From Mobula hypostoma (Eukaryota), in NCBI RefSeq assembly GCF_963921235.1, contig NC_086109.1, forward strand, positions 18,726,001-18,790,000: a stretch of 64,000 nucleotides of DNA, written 5' to 3'. Positions 51,044 to 62,205 of the stretch are shown here, one piece after another; the stretch's first letter is position 1, and each line of letters begins with the position of its first letter. A program made the position numbers and the translations under genes. The notes beneath the pieces were generated by a model, which was given only the letters and a program-made list of their open reading frames with translations, did not search any database and had not been told where the DNA came from.

Positions 51044-51249
51044 GGTGTAGTGACATTAGCACCGGACTTCGGAGCGAAGGCTCCTAATTTCAAATCCAGA
51101 CAGCTCCCTTGCACGTTTTCTATCTGTATTGGGTTGAGCATCGAGTTAGTAACTTGGCCTTGTGAAAACAAGGAAGCCTACTAAAATAAATGCCATCAAT
51201 GACAGCTTCCCAATGACTCCACTCGGAGTTAAGGGCTTTCTTCTTCTTC
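51044..51249 (+). mobile_element. tRNA-derived SINE inserted in the chromovirus gag 5' end
   Basis: GGTGTAGTG A-box remnant, ACTTCGGA anticodon-like loop, TTCAAATCC B-box remnant, (TTC)n tail; ATGGCTGGT duplicated at 51035-51043 and 51250-51258. Confidence 0.8.
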
Positions 51250-51313
51250 ATGGCTGGTCAGAGCAGACAAAAGACTCTGATACCCTGCTGGGTCCATATC
51301 GGCTCAGTTGTAC

Positions 51314-51627
51314 TGTGACTAAAATCCTTGATGAGACTGGCTTGGACCCAAATGCTGGAGTGCCAAGGCTAAGATCGAGACACAAGTTCAGATTGGATCG
51401 AGAAGCTGAGCACAAAGCAAACACTAGACAAAATCATGAGTAGGTTTACGATTGAGCACCAAACCTCAGTTCAGGTGCTCCTTAAGTGCTCAATCCTTGG
51501 TGCCCAAAACATGATTGCCAATTAGCAGAGTTTTCCTGTAACTATGAAGGGACCGTGCCAGCTATCTATACTCTGGGGAGTTGGAGTGTCTAAAGCCTTG
51601 GCAGCTGGCGCGGATGGGATCGTAACA
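51314..51627 (-). repeat. 5' LTR of the chromovirus
   Basis: TGTGAC...GTAACA termini. Confidence 0.9.
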
Positions 51628-51739
51628 TGTTAAGGATGTTAACCATGGTGATGGCCAGAAGAAATAACGGCTTTGACTCTGATAGAGATAAGACCATAGG
51701 ACCATAAGACATAGGAGCTGAATTAGGCCATTCTTCCAA

Positions 51740-53060
51740 TAGACAATAGACAATAGACAATAGGTGCAGGAGTAGACCATTCAGCCCTTTGAGCCAGCAC
51801 CACCATTCACTGTGATCATGGCTGATCATCCACAATCAGTACCCTTTTCCTGCCTTCTCCCCATATCCCTTCACTCTGCTATCTTTAAGAGCTCTATCTA
51901 ACTTTCTTGAAAGAATCCAGAAAATTGGCCTCCACTGCCTTCTGAGGCAGAGCATTCCACAGAACCACAACCCTCTGTGTGAAAAAGTTTTTCCTCAACT
52001 CCGTTCTAAACGGCGGGAGGAGAAGATGGCAGCGCGACAGCTCTCCGGTGAAATGATATCGTATCTGTTAAACAGGGGCCATGGACAATTCTGATTTGAT
52101 GAAGACAGACGTGAGAAGCAGAGGAACATCTGGAGAAATTTCTGAAATGTCTAGTTCGCTGCTGTTGCTACTGTGTGATTGAGAATCTCCGGAGGGAAGG
52201 CCCCAAAATCCCTGGCTTTGCCTGTTGCTGGTGATCGAGGCTAAGGTCAAAGCGTTCGGCAGAGATGGTGCTCGGTACTCAGTATCAGAGGGCTGATGAG
52301 GGCTCGAAGTTTTCGGACGACTCAGAGTTGCACTGTGGTCAGGCATGGTAGGGAGAGTTTTCTTCCTTCTCCCGTCTGCGTGAGATGTGGGACCTTCGAG
52401 AGACTTTGAACTTTTTTACTGTGCCATGGACTGTTCTTCATCAAGTTATGGTATCGTTGCACTGTTGTAACTATATGTTATAATTATGTGGTTTTGTTAG
52501 TTTTTCAGTCTTGGTCTGTCCTGTGTTTCTCTGATATCACACGGGAGGAATATTGTATCATTTCTTAATGCATGCATTACTAAATGACAATAAAAGAGGA
52601 CTGCGTGTCCTCATAATCTAATCTAATCTAATTGTCTGCCCCTTATTCTTAAACTGTGGCCTCTGGTTCTGGACTCCCCCAACATGGGAACATGTTTCCT
52701 GCCTGTAGCATATCCAATCCCTTAATAATCTTATATGTTTCAATCAGATCCCCTCTCATCCTTCTAAATTCCAGCGTATACAACCCCAGTCGCTCCAATC
52801 TTTCAACATATGACAGTCCTGCCATCCCGGGAATTAACCTCGTGAACCTACGCTGCACTCACTCAATAGCTAGAATGTCCTTCCTCAAATTTGGAGACCA
52901 AAACTGTACACAATACTCCAGGTGTGGTCTCACCAGGGCCCTGTACAACTGCAGAAGGACCTCTTTGCTCCTATACTCAATTCCCCTTGTTATAAAGGCC
53001 AGCATGCCATTGGCTTTCTTCACTGCCTGCTGTACCTGCATGCTTGCTTTCAGTAACTGA
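51740..53060 (-). mobile_element. CR1 LINE 3' fragment interrupted at 52011-52631
   Basis: Minus ORFs KKANGMLAFI..HLEYCVQFWSP and QRRFTRLIPGMAGLSY; (CTATTGT)n tail at ~51740-51762. Confidence 0.9.
52011..52631 (+). mobile_element. Non-coding retroposon with AAGATGGC leader and (CTAAT)n tail
   Basis: Interrupts the CR1 cleanly; starts GGCGGGAGGAGAAGATGGCAGCG; ends AATAAA..TAATCTAATCTAATCTAA. Confidence 0.7.
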
Positions 53061-53119
53061 TGAACAAGGACACATCCCATTGAGTTTGCTCTGCCATTCC
53101 ATCATGGCTGATCCCAGAT

Positions 53120-53860
53120 TCCAGGTAATGCAGAATATAGCATTAATGGCAAGACTCTTGGCAGTGTGGAGGGTCAGAGGGATCTTGGGGTCTGAGTCCA
53201 TGGGACACTCAAAGCTGCTACGCAGGATGACTTTGTGGTTAAGAAGTCATACGGTGCATTGACCTTCATCAATCATGAGATTGAGTTTAAGAGCCGAGAA
53301 GTAATGTTGCAGATATGTAGGACCCTGGTCAAACCCCACTTGGAGTACTGTGCTCAGTTCTGGTCGCCTCACTACAGGAAGGATATGGAAACCATAGAAA
53401 GGGTGCAGAGGAGATTTACAAGGATGTTGCCTGGATTGGGGAGCATGCCTTATGAGAATAGGTTGAGTGAACTTGGACTTTTCTCCTTGGAGCGACAGAG
53501 GATGAGAGGTGACCTGATAGAAGTGTACAAGATGATGAGAGGCATTGACCATGTGGATAGTCAGAGGCTTTTACCCAGGGCTGAAATGGCTAGCACGAGA
53601 GGGCATAGTTTTAAGGTGCTTGGAAGTAGGTATAGGGGAGATGTCAGGGGTAGGTATTTTAAACAGAGAGTGGTGAGTGTGTGGAATGGGCTGCCGGCAG
53701 TAGCAGTGGAGGCGGAATCGATAGGGTCTTTTAAGAGACTCCTGGATGGATACATGGAGTTTAGAAAAATAGAGGACTATGGGTAAGCCTAGGTAGTTCT
53801 AAGGTAAGGACATGTTCGGTACGCTTTGTGGGCCAAAGGGCCTCTATGTTTTTATATTTC
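53120..53860 (+). mobile_element. CR1 LINE 3' fragment
   Basis: 183-aa open frame HLEYCAQFWSP..RVQRRFTRMLPG..QRVVSVWNGLP. Confidence 0.92.
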
Positions 53861-53899
53861 TATTCCACTCACACCCATACACTTGCATTCTCGCCCTAT

Positions 53900-54335
53900 C
53901 TTTTCATGCCCTGACAAATCAGGAAACTATCAACTTCCACCTTAAATATAACCATGGACTTGGCTTCCACCTCAGTCTGTGGCAGAGTATTCCACAGATT
54001 CACGACTCTCTAGTTAAAAAATTCCTCCTTACCTCTGTTCTGAAAGGTCACCCCTCAGTTTTAAGGCTGTGCCATCTAGTTCTGGATACCCCCACCAAAG
54101 GAAACGTCCTCTCTACATCCACCCTATCTAGTCCTTTGAAAATTTGGTAGGTTTCAATAAGATCCACCCCTCTCCTGCCACATTCTTCTAAATTCCAGAC
54201 AGTACAGGCCCAAGACTGCCAAATGCTCCTTGTATGTTAAATCTTTCATTCCCAGAATCATCCTCGTGAACCTCCTCTGGACCCTCTCCGATGACAAAAC
54301 ATCCTTTCTGTGATTTGGGTCCCAAAACTTTTGAC
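53900..54335 (-). mobile_element. CR1 LINE 3' fragment
   Basis: Reverse complement matches CR1 RT C-terminal coding remnant. Confidence 0.75.
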
Positions 54336-55791
54336 AGTGTTGATGTGTGTGGAATCAAAAGAACAAAAATATCATTTAACGTGATTTGGAAGTGATAAGC
54401 TTGATGTAAAAGTCAACTTTTGGTGAGATTGGGAGGGCTCTAGCTGGGCAGTTAATGAAGACAGGCCAATTAATATGACTTGCCCATGAGCTGTTAGTAG
54501 ATTGGAAGAGGTTTATAAATATAGATTTGCAATGCATCTGAATAACGTTGATATAAACAAGCTTAGACCTCGTCTGAAAAAGGCCAGTATCGATGAATTA
54601 TTAAAGCCCATTGAAGTTATTAGAATTTGAGAAGAATTGGACAGATTTAAGACAGAGTTAGAGGTGCCCACCAGGGAAAGCTCAACATGTTCAGCTTTAC
54701 TTTGCTTTGTTTTATGGGGAGAGAGTGAAAGCAGAATATAGAGAACAGTTTCAACAAGAAAGACAGACAATCTTTAAAAGCAGTGAATTAAAATTGGTGA
54801 CCAAAATATCAATTCTTTTGTGTTCAGGGCTTTTAATTTAACTTTTGTTAAGTGATTGTCAGAAACTGCTGTGTAAAATCCCTGCAGAACAGCTTTCTGT
54901 GGCACCCTCAGATACAATCAAATTATTATTTAATTAAATAATGAAAAAAAAAGAACTTTGTGCTCATTTTTTAATTTAGTTAAGATATATGATTACTTTA
55001 GTCTTTAGCTGCTCAGGGACGTTCAGGAATGACAATCATTTTATTGGCCTCATAATGGATTTGATTTTGAACTCAGCATCTGCGAGTTGTGACAAAAGAA
55101 CCAATTCAAAATGGCAGTGGAATAGAAAAGGCCGATTTTTCTTCCCATTTTGTTCAAAAATCATTGTGGATGCATTGTTATGTACCTTGGTCAAGGAGAC
55201 CTGCGACTTTTATGCACACAATGATGGGTTTAATTGTGCTGCTTTGGCTATTGTGGATGTGTGATTCATATTCAGATCTGCAGAGGAGACTGTAGAATGG
55301 TCTTGGTTGAAGGCCAACCTTCAGCTTAATGTATGAATGCAAAGAAATTCGCACTTCTGCAGTGTGACTCAGAAGTTGCGTTAACCAAGGCATCAAATTC
55401 CTCTCTTTTGTTGGTAGAAATGTAGAAGTGAGAAGGAAAATGTACACAATGTATCTCAACAGCAAGGTTTACGAAGAGGGAGAGACCCTGATTTTCATTA
55501 GAAAGAAGTATGAGCATGTACTGTGCATGAGGTTTTCCGAGGTTGCAGATTTAGGACCATCTCGTGGATAGGCGAGTTCACATTGATGCTGCTCCTGCAG
55601 TAAGTGTTGATTTGAGAGGCCTCACTCTGAAGGTCAGTGAAGGGATGTCTTTGGTGATGTCGTATGGCATCCTTCCCTCTGAGTTTACTCCTGCGGAAAC
55701 TCGCACAAAATTGTTTAACAAAATTTTCATCTGGGCAACTCCAGTCGGAGGAAGCTGAAAGGAAGAGGAAACATGAAGCAGTTTGTAAATG

Positions 55792-56116
55792 ACTTACTTC
55801 CTGCCCGTTACACTACTGCCACTTAGGGCTACAGTGAAGGTCCTCCATCTCTGTCCATACCATCACTCGCAGATGTAGAAGGATTCTTCATTGTTGTTTC
55901 TGTAACATTTTTTTGACTGGTCAGGAAAATTAGCCCTGAGTTGAACCCCCGAACCGGGACGACTGGTGGACCACTCAGTCTGGCCTCTGCTTTTTAACCT
56001 GCTTGGCATGGGTGACCCTACCAAGAACCAAAGCACAAGGCCCTGGCTCCAGCCAACGTAGCTTTCCAGGTCATTGAAGCAGGCAACCTCCAAACCACGA
56101 CAAGGCTGTGGTCCCC
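55792..56116 (-). mobile_element. Bipartite non-autonomous RTE derivative (5' leader + 3' tail)
   Basis: Minus strand begins CCTTGTCGTGG..AATGACC..GGTAGGGTCACCCATG (RTE/Bov-B-like leader) and ends GGACAGAGATGGAGGA..GTAACGGGCAGGAAGTAAGT, matching the RTE 3' end at ~37960-38030. Confidence 0.7.
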
Positions 56117-56384
56117 TTGGAGGTTTGAAAATGAGGATGAGCATTTTAAGATTGTGGTGTTGCCTTCTGGGAGCCAGTGTTGGTCAGTGAACACTTGGGA
56201 TGAACAGCAGTTGGTGTAAGTTAGAGCATAGGCAGGAGAAATTAGGATAAACATAAATTTATTGAGGGTGGTAGATAAGAAGCGGGGTGTGTGTGGATAT
56301 TGGAACATTCTCTTTAACTGTACTTAGCAACCTTCCTCTTTCTCTTAAAGGCATCAGTGCCTTTCACCTCCATAATCCACATGA

Positions 56385-56464
56385 CAAGGTTTCCCAAACT
56401 AGGCTCCATGCACCCCTTGCTTAATAGCATTTGTCCATAGCATAAAATACATTGGGAACCTTTG
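56385..56464. mobile_element. ~80-bp hAT-like MITE
   Basis: CAAGGTTTCCCAA / TTGGGAACCTTTG TIRs; flanks CCACATGA / CCTTATGA; partial relatives at ~9163-9229, ~17849-17876, ~32882-32947. Confidence 0.7.
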
Positions 56465-57549
56465 CCTTATGATAAAGAACAACTTTAGAGTCAAAATTCA
56501 AAGTCAAAGTAAATTTATTAACAAGGTACATATATGTCTCCATATACTATCATTTTCTTGCATCCATTTACTGGAAAGTAAAGAAATACAATAGAATTTA
56601 TGAAAAACTATGCATAAACAAAGACTGACAAACAAGCAATGCACAAAAGAAAACGTGCAAATAAAAAATAAATAATATATTATAAATGATATAATAAGAT
56701 AATATAAATAATAATAAATAAATAATTGTAAGTCTTTGAAGGTGAGTCTGTAGATTGTGAAATCAATTCAGAGTTGAGGTGAGTGAAGTTACCCACGCCA
56801 GTTCAGGAGCCAGGTGGTTGTACCTGAACCTGGTGCTGTGGGACCTAAGGTTGCTGTGCCTCCTGCCCAATGGTAGTAGCGCGAAGAGAGATTACCTGAG
56901 ATGGTGGGGGCCCTTGGTAATGGATGCTGCTTTCCTGTGGCAACGCTCCTTGTAGATGAGCTGAATGGTGGTGAGGGGTTTGCTGGTGACTGACAGGGCT
57001 GAAGGAGTAAGTACCATGATCTCTGGGGGAAAGCTATGAAATGAGCTGGCCCCTTCAGTAGAGGGTGCTTGACTGGGTCTCCCTTGTCAGCTGCTGCAGC
57101 AGGAGACTTGAGAAAGTTCAACAGCAATGATCTGTCAGCTTCATTGTTTCCTGCCAACTTTGACCTCAACATGAGAAAGACAAGCACGAAAGCTTGACCA
57201 ACATTATCGGACAGCAGAACAAAACCAGGGGCTGTTGGTAGGGAAAAGTTTTGACAGACTCTTCCCAAAAAGCCTAGCTTTGTTTATTTGCAATGAGTTA
57301 TGCAAAATACCAAGGTGTGCAAACTGAAAGACCAATTCACATTAGCATCTTTCAAGACCTCAGAATATTTAAAACATCTTTTCACAAAGGTAATTTTCAA
57401 TGCAGTTGCTGTTGTAATCCTGTATAAACATGACACATAAAAAACATTGAATGGTAAATTAGTAAATTGGTTTATTATTCCCAAGGTAAACCGAAAATCA
57501 CGTCTTGCATACTATCCATACAGATCAATAGTGCATTGAGGTAGTGCAA

Positions 57550-58720
57550 GGGTAATAAGGAGACATAATTTTAAGGTGATAGGAGGGAAGTGTAGAGGAA
57601 TATCAGAGGTAAGACAGTGCTGTGTGCATGGAATGCCCTGCCAGGGGTGGTGGTAAGGGCATTTAAGAAACTCTTAGATAGGCACATAAATGATAGAAAA
57701 ATGGAGGGCTATGTTATAGCGATGGGGTACATAGATTTTATACCTGGTTGAAAGGCTGGCACAATTTTGTGGGCCAAAGGTCCTGTCCTGTGTTGCAATG
57801 CTGTACGTTCTATGTATAACAGTAACAACACAGAATAAAGTGTTACAGTTACAGAGAAAGTTCAGTGGACCCTTAGGATCTTGGGGTGCAAATCTGTAGC
57901 CCCCTGAAAGGGATAATACAGGTAGGTAGGGTGGTAGTGAATTGTTTGGAGTGTGTGCATAAAATTTGGGAACCCATGTTGTGTGCCTCACTGTGTGCTG
58001 TTCTATTCACCTCACTGAACTACAGTGAAGGGTGCAGAAGAGGCTCACTAGAACATTGCCAGGATTAGAGAATATTAGAAAGTCAGACAGCTTGGGTTGT
58101 TTCTTTTGGAGGGTCAGAGCCTGATGAGGCAACCTGATAGAACTATATAAAATTGAGAGAGGTAGATGGGGAAAATGGTTAGGTTATGTTTCTTAGGAGG
58201 CAATTTCAAACATTAAAGGTATAGCTTTAAGGCAAGAGGGGGAAAGTTTAAAAAATGAATAGTCAGGTGTTTGTTTTTATACAGAGAGAGAGTGCCACGT
58301 GCTTCTGTGGACTGAGTGGCCAATTTCTGCTCCTGTGTCTCATGGTCCCAGTGGAGGAAGCAGATGCAATAAAAATGTGTATGTGGCGCCTAGACAGGCA
58401 GGGAACACGGAAGGATGTAAACTATGTGCAGGGAGGTGGGACTGATTCAATTTGGCATCATGGTTGACATGATGCCAAAATTGTGAGAGGTAGGTGGGAA
58501 AGGTGGTTAGATTATTTTTCCCAGGGGGCAATTTCAAGTATTAGAGGCATAGCTTTAAGGTAAGAGGGGGAAATTTAAAGATTTACTAAGCAGCTATTTT
58601 TATACAAAGAGAGTGTCACATGCTATTGTGGAATACTCGGTCTGAGTGGCTGAATTCTTGAAGGCTGTCTTGAAAGGTCTATTCTTGTTCTGGACTGAGT
58701 TATGTTCTATGTTCTATGAA
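57550..58720 (+). mobile_element. Cluster of decayed CR1 3' fragments
   Basis: Several degenerate RT C-terminal/3' UTR pieces; TTATGTTCTATGTTCTATG tail near 58700. Confidence 0.6.
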
Positions 58721-59294
58721 AAATAATCCACAAGATCCCAAAGTGATTATAAATAAATATAATTAGATGTGATAAATATTGGCCAGCGCAACGAAGAGAA
58801 CAGCCTTGATCTTCTTTGAAACTGTGCTGTGGAATCTACAAGCATCTACACTCTCTTGTGTTCATCTGAGAGTACTTAGCATCTCATCTGAAAAATATCA
58901 CCCCCCCCCTACAGTACCGCACACCCCCATAACAGCATCGGAGTTGCAGCCTAGAATTTGTGAACCCATTTCTAAAATGGGATCTGATCCCACAATGGCT
59001 TAATTCAACGAACAGAGTGCTCCAGGTCATGTAGTACACCAACATTGTGAGCAATCCACTACAGCCTCAGAAGTTGACTAGTGTGAACAAAATGGGTGAT
59101 AAATATAGAACATGGTTCAATCTGTGGACGAAAAAAAAGGGTTTTGCAGGTCTTGGAGGAAATTGCATTGATCGGTGACAACTGAGAAACAGAGTTAAAG
59201 AAGTGTGAGATGGTAGTGAGAGAATTGTCTTTTTCATACTGGTGGAGTTTGAGGTTTTGTACTTGGATGATGTTGCTGAGGAGCACTATGGGAT

Positions 59295-59697
59295 GGTAAA
59301 CTCACTGGAGTTTAGAAGAATGACAGGGGATGACACTGAAATCTGTTGAATATTGAAAGACCTAGCTGGAGTGGATGTGGAGAGGATGTTTCTTTTAGCG
59401 GGGTCTAAGACCAGAATAGAGGGATGCCCCTTTAAAACAGCGATGAGGAGGAATTTCTTTAGCCAGAGGATGGTGAATCTATGGAATTCATTGCCACAGA
59501 TGGCTGTGGAGGGCATGTCATTGGATATATCTAAACCAGGGGTTGATAGTTTCTTGATTAGTAAGGGCGTCAAAGATTATGGGGAGAAAGCAGGGGAATG
59601 AGTTTGAGAGGGATAGCAAATCAGCCATGATAGAATGGTGGATCAGACTTAATGGAGTGAATAACCTGCTTCTGCTCTTATGTCTTATGGTCTTATG
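59295..59697 (+). mobile_element. CR1 LINE 3' fragment
   Basis: RRNFFSQRMVNLWNSLPQ; (TCTTATGG)n-like tail. Confidence 0.85.
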
Positions 59698-59997
59698 ATT
59701 ACCATCCTGGCTGGTACCCTTGCCTTACCGCAGGCTGGGAGTGCCTTCACCAGAAGGAGTCCAGCAGTTTAAGGTGTTACACAGTTACTTACACTATATG
59801 CCAGTCTTCCTAGCAGTATCCTTATCCAAAATGAATAAAACCCTTCCTGTTACACAGTCCAAGCTCTTGGTATCTCTTCCTGGCTTTCTCCTACCTCGAT
59901 TTTCTTTCTCACTGAAGCATTTGTGCTCCTAGTTTTTGTATAAATCTGATCTAGCATGATCCAGTTTTGAAAACTCCTTTGTGTGTTTGAAGGAAGG

Positions 59998-60142
59998 AGA
60001 GGAAGCACGGTTGTGAGGTAGCCTGGGGAAGATGGATGAGGGGCATGGTTCTGTGGTGGCCTGGGGGGAGATTGATGAGGGGCACGATTCTGTGGTAGCC
60101 TGGGGGGAGACTGATGAGGGGCACGATTCTGTGGTGGCCTGG
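59998..60142. repeat. 39-bp minisatellite, ~3.5 copies
   Basis: Unit GATGAGGGGCACGATTCTGTGGTGGCCTGGGGGGAGATT with variants. Confidence 0.9.
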
Positions 60143-61709
60143 ATAAGAATTATGTGGAGCATGAGATTTTTCTTGCTTTCCACTCAGTGAGGAGGAAGAT
60201 TGAGTCGACGTGGCAACAGCTTCCATTTTAGCCTCATAAGGCTGCAGACGTATTCCAAAAATTAGCAACAGCAGGCAGTACTCAGAGCTTGGTTACTATT
60301 TGTGCCTTGGGCTAGAGGAGTGATTAATTTTCATAATTGAAAATTAATTTTGTAACTACAGGTTTTTTTTAAAAGGAGATTTAGACCTGTGAGAACAGTC
60401 TGTGGAGGTGCCACATTGAATGGTTGTCAGGCTGCCTGAGGTGCATTCAATCAGTATTCTCACACATCCTCCACTATAGTCACATGTTCTATAGGCAGAT
60501 GGAACAACACATTAATATAATTGTGCCACATATTGACTTCAGCAATCTTGTTTATGTATGAATTATAGTTATGAATAATGCAATGAGTGATGAGAGCTGT
60601 AATTTTTCTCCTATGAAGTACTGGTCATATGTTCTCTACCCCTCCTACTACCAACTATTCTTATCTGCATGGTGGTCTGGATCTTAGACAAAGTCCAACA
60701 CCGAACAGACCGTGGTTGAATTAGTGGAGATATTCTCATCTTCTTTACTCCCCTTTTGGATCTCTATACTTTATAGATCCCTCGTGATATTGCATTACCA
60801 GTACCAATAAGATTAGAAAACCACCACTTCACATTAAATTGCTTTGAAACATCCAACTTTTACCAATGAATCTTCAGTTTAATTCTATAAAATTTTTGGG
60901 AATGCTTAAGAGTTCATATTTCACTTTGGGCTTCTCTTTTCCTCAAGACGTCAACTTCTCTGTTGATTTGTTACTCAGTGGCAACATTTGATACCGAGTG
61001 TGAACAAGCCAATAAGCATTCAAATTCAAGACATCAGGTTCAAAGTTTCAAGGTACATTTATCATCAAAGAATGTATAAATTACACAACCTTGAGATTTG
61101 TTTGCTTACAGGCAGCCACAAAGCAAGAAACCTGAAAGAACCCATTAGAAACAAAATAAAGACCAACATCCGATGCGCAGAGAAAGGGAAAAAAAAACAC
61201 AAGTCATGCAAACAATCGAAGCGAGCAACAATATTCTGAGTCGAAATGAGTCCTTAGGTCTGAACCCCGGAGCAGCCCGGAGTAGGCCCAAAGCCTTGAT
61301 ATCAGTTCATCATGTTAGTAGGTATGGAGCACAGCAGCCGGGGTCAGTCCTCATAGCCTCAGCGGTGTAGAGAGGGGAGCGAACAGTGTGGGAGAGTGAG
61401 CAAAGTCGGCTTTGTCTCCGATCCTGACATCAATCTTTCCAGTCTATTTGGGCTGGCGTTTCAATTGTCCAAACAGCATTTTGTGCCTTGCATTTAGGCC
61501 TGGGCTGTGCTGCAGCAAAAGGCTCACCTGCTCAATTCAGTAAATGTGGAAGGAATGTTAAAGGATCCAGTACACTGTAATGCTATGGAAAGCAAGTGAA
61601 CAGTTCAGACTATTATTAATTAGTTTATTATTGTCACATGTACCAAAGTACAGTGAAAACTGTGTCTCGCATGCCATCCATACAGATCATTTCGCAACAT
61701 AAGTCCATA

Positions 61710-62205
61710 GGTGGATATAGCCTAGTCCATCATGGGTAAAGCCTTCCTAACCACTGAGCACATTGACATGAAGTGCCTTGTAGGAAAACAGCATTCATCA
61801 TCAGGGATCCTCACCGCCCAGGACATGCTCTTTTCTTGCTGCTACCTTCAGGAAGAAGATACGTAAGCCTCAGGACTCACACCAGCAGGCTCAGGAACAA
61901 TTACCATCAACAGGCTCTTGAACGAAAGGGGAGAACTTCACTTGCCTCATCATTGAAATGTTCTCACAACCAACGGACTCACTTTCAATGATTCTTCATC
62001 TCATGTTCTCGACATTTACTGTTGATTTACTTATAATTGCATTTGCAGAGTTTGTCGTCTCCTTGCACTCCGGTTGATCTTTCATTGATTTTGTTATAGT
62101 TACTATTCTATAGATTAGTTGAGTATGCCCTCAAGAAAATGAATCTCAGGGTTGCATATGGCAACACACATGTACTTTGATAATAAATTTATTTGAACTT
62201 TGAGG
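61710..62205 (+). mobile_element. Rex1/Babar-type LINE 3' fragment
   Basis: IIRDPHRPGHALFLLLPSGRRY; tail AATAAATTTATTTGAACTTTGA. Confidence 0.8.

Larger units (their letters stand above)
46870..51627 (-). mobile_element. Decayed Gypsy chromovirus (Tf1/sushi group) LTR retrotransposon
   Basis: LTRs 46870-47186 and 51314-51627; flanks AGTTA / TGTTA (5-bp TSD with one mismatch); PPT just inside 47186; fragments of gag (ERFHGD..LLQC, CFYCGDVGHLQAEC), protease, RT ([22 protein letters not shown]), RNase H, integrase (SMDFVT) and chromodomain-like FTVRKL..EERCW. Confidence 0.92.

Noticed and set aside
55549..55615. Possible small exon ending at GTAAGT
   Set aside because: Weak acceptor, no recognisable peptide, no partner exons.
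56789..57268. 159-aa minus-strand ORF
   Set aside because: Much of it overlaps a repeat remnant similar to ~6370-6600; no recognisable domain.
59998..60142. CRISPR-like array
   Set aside because: Head-to-tail tandem units without unique spacers, in a vertebrate context with no cas genes.
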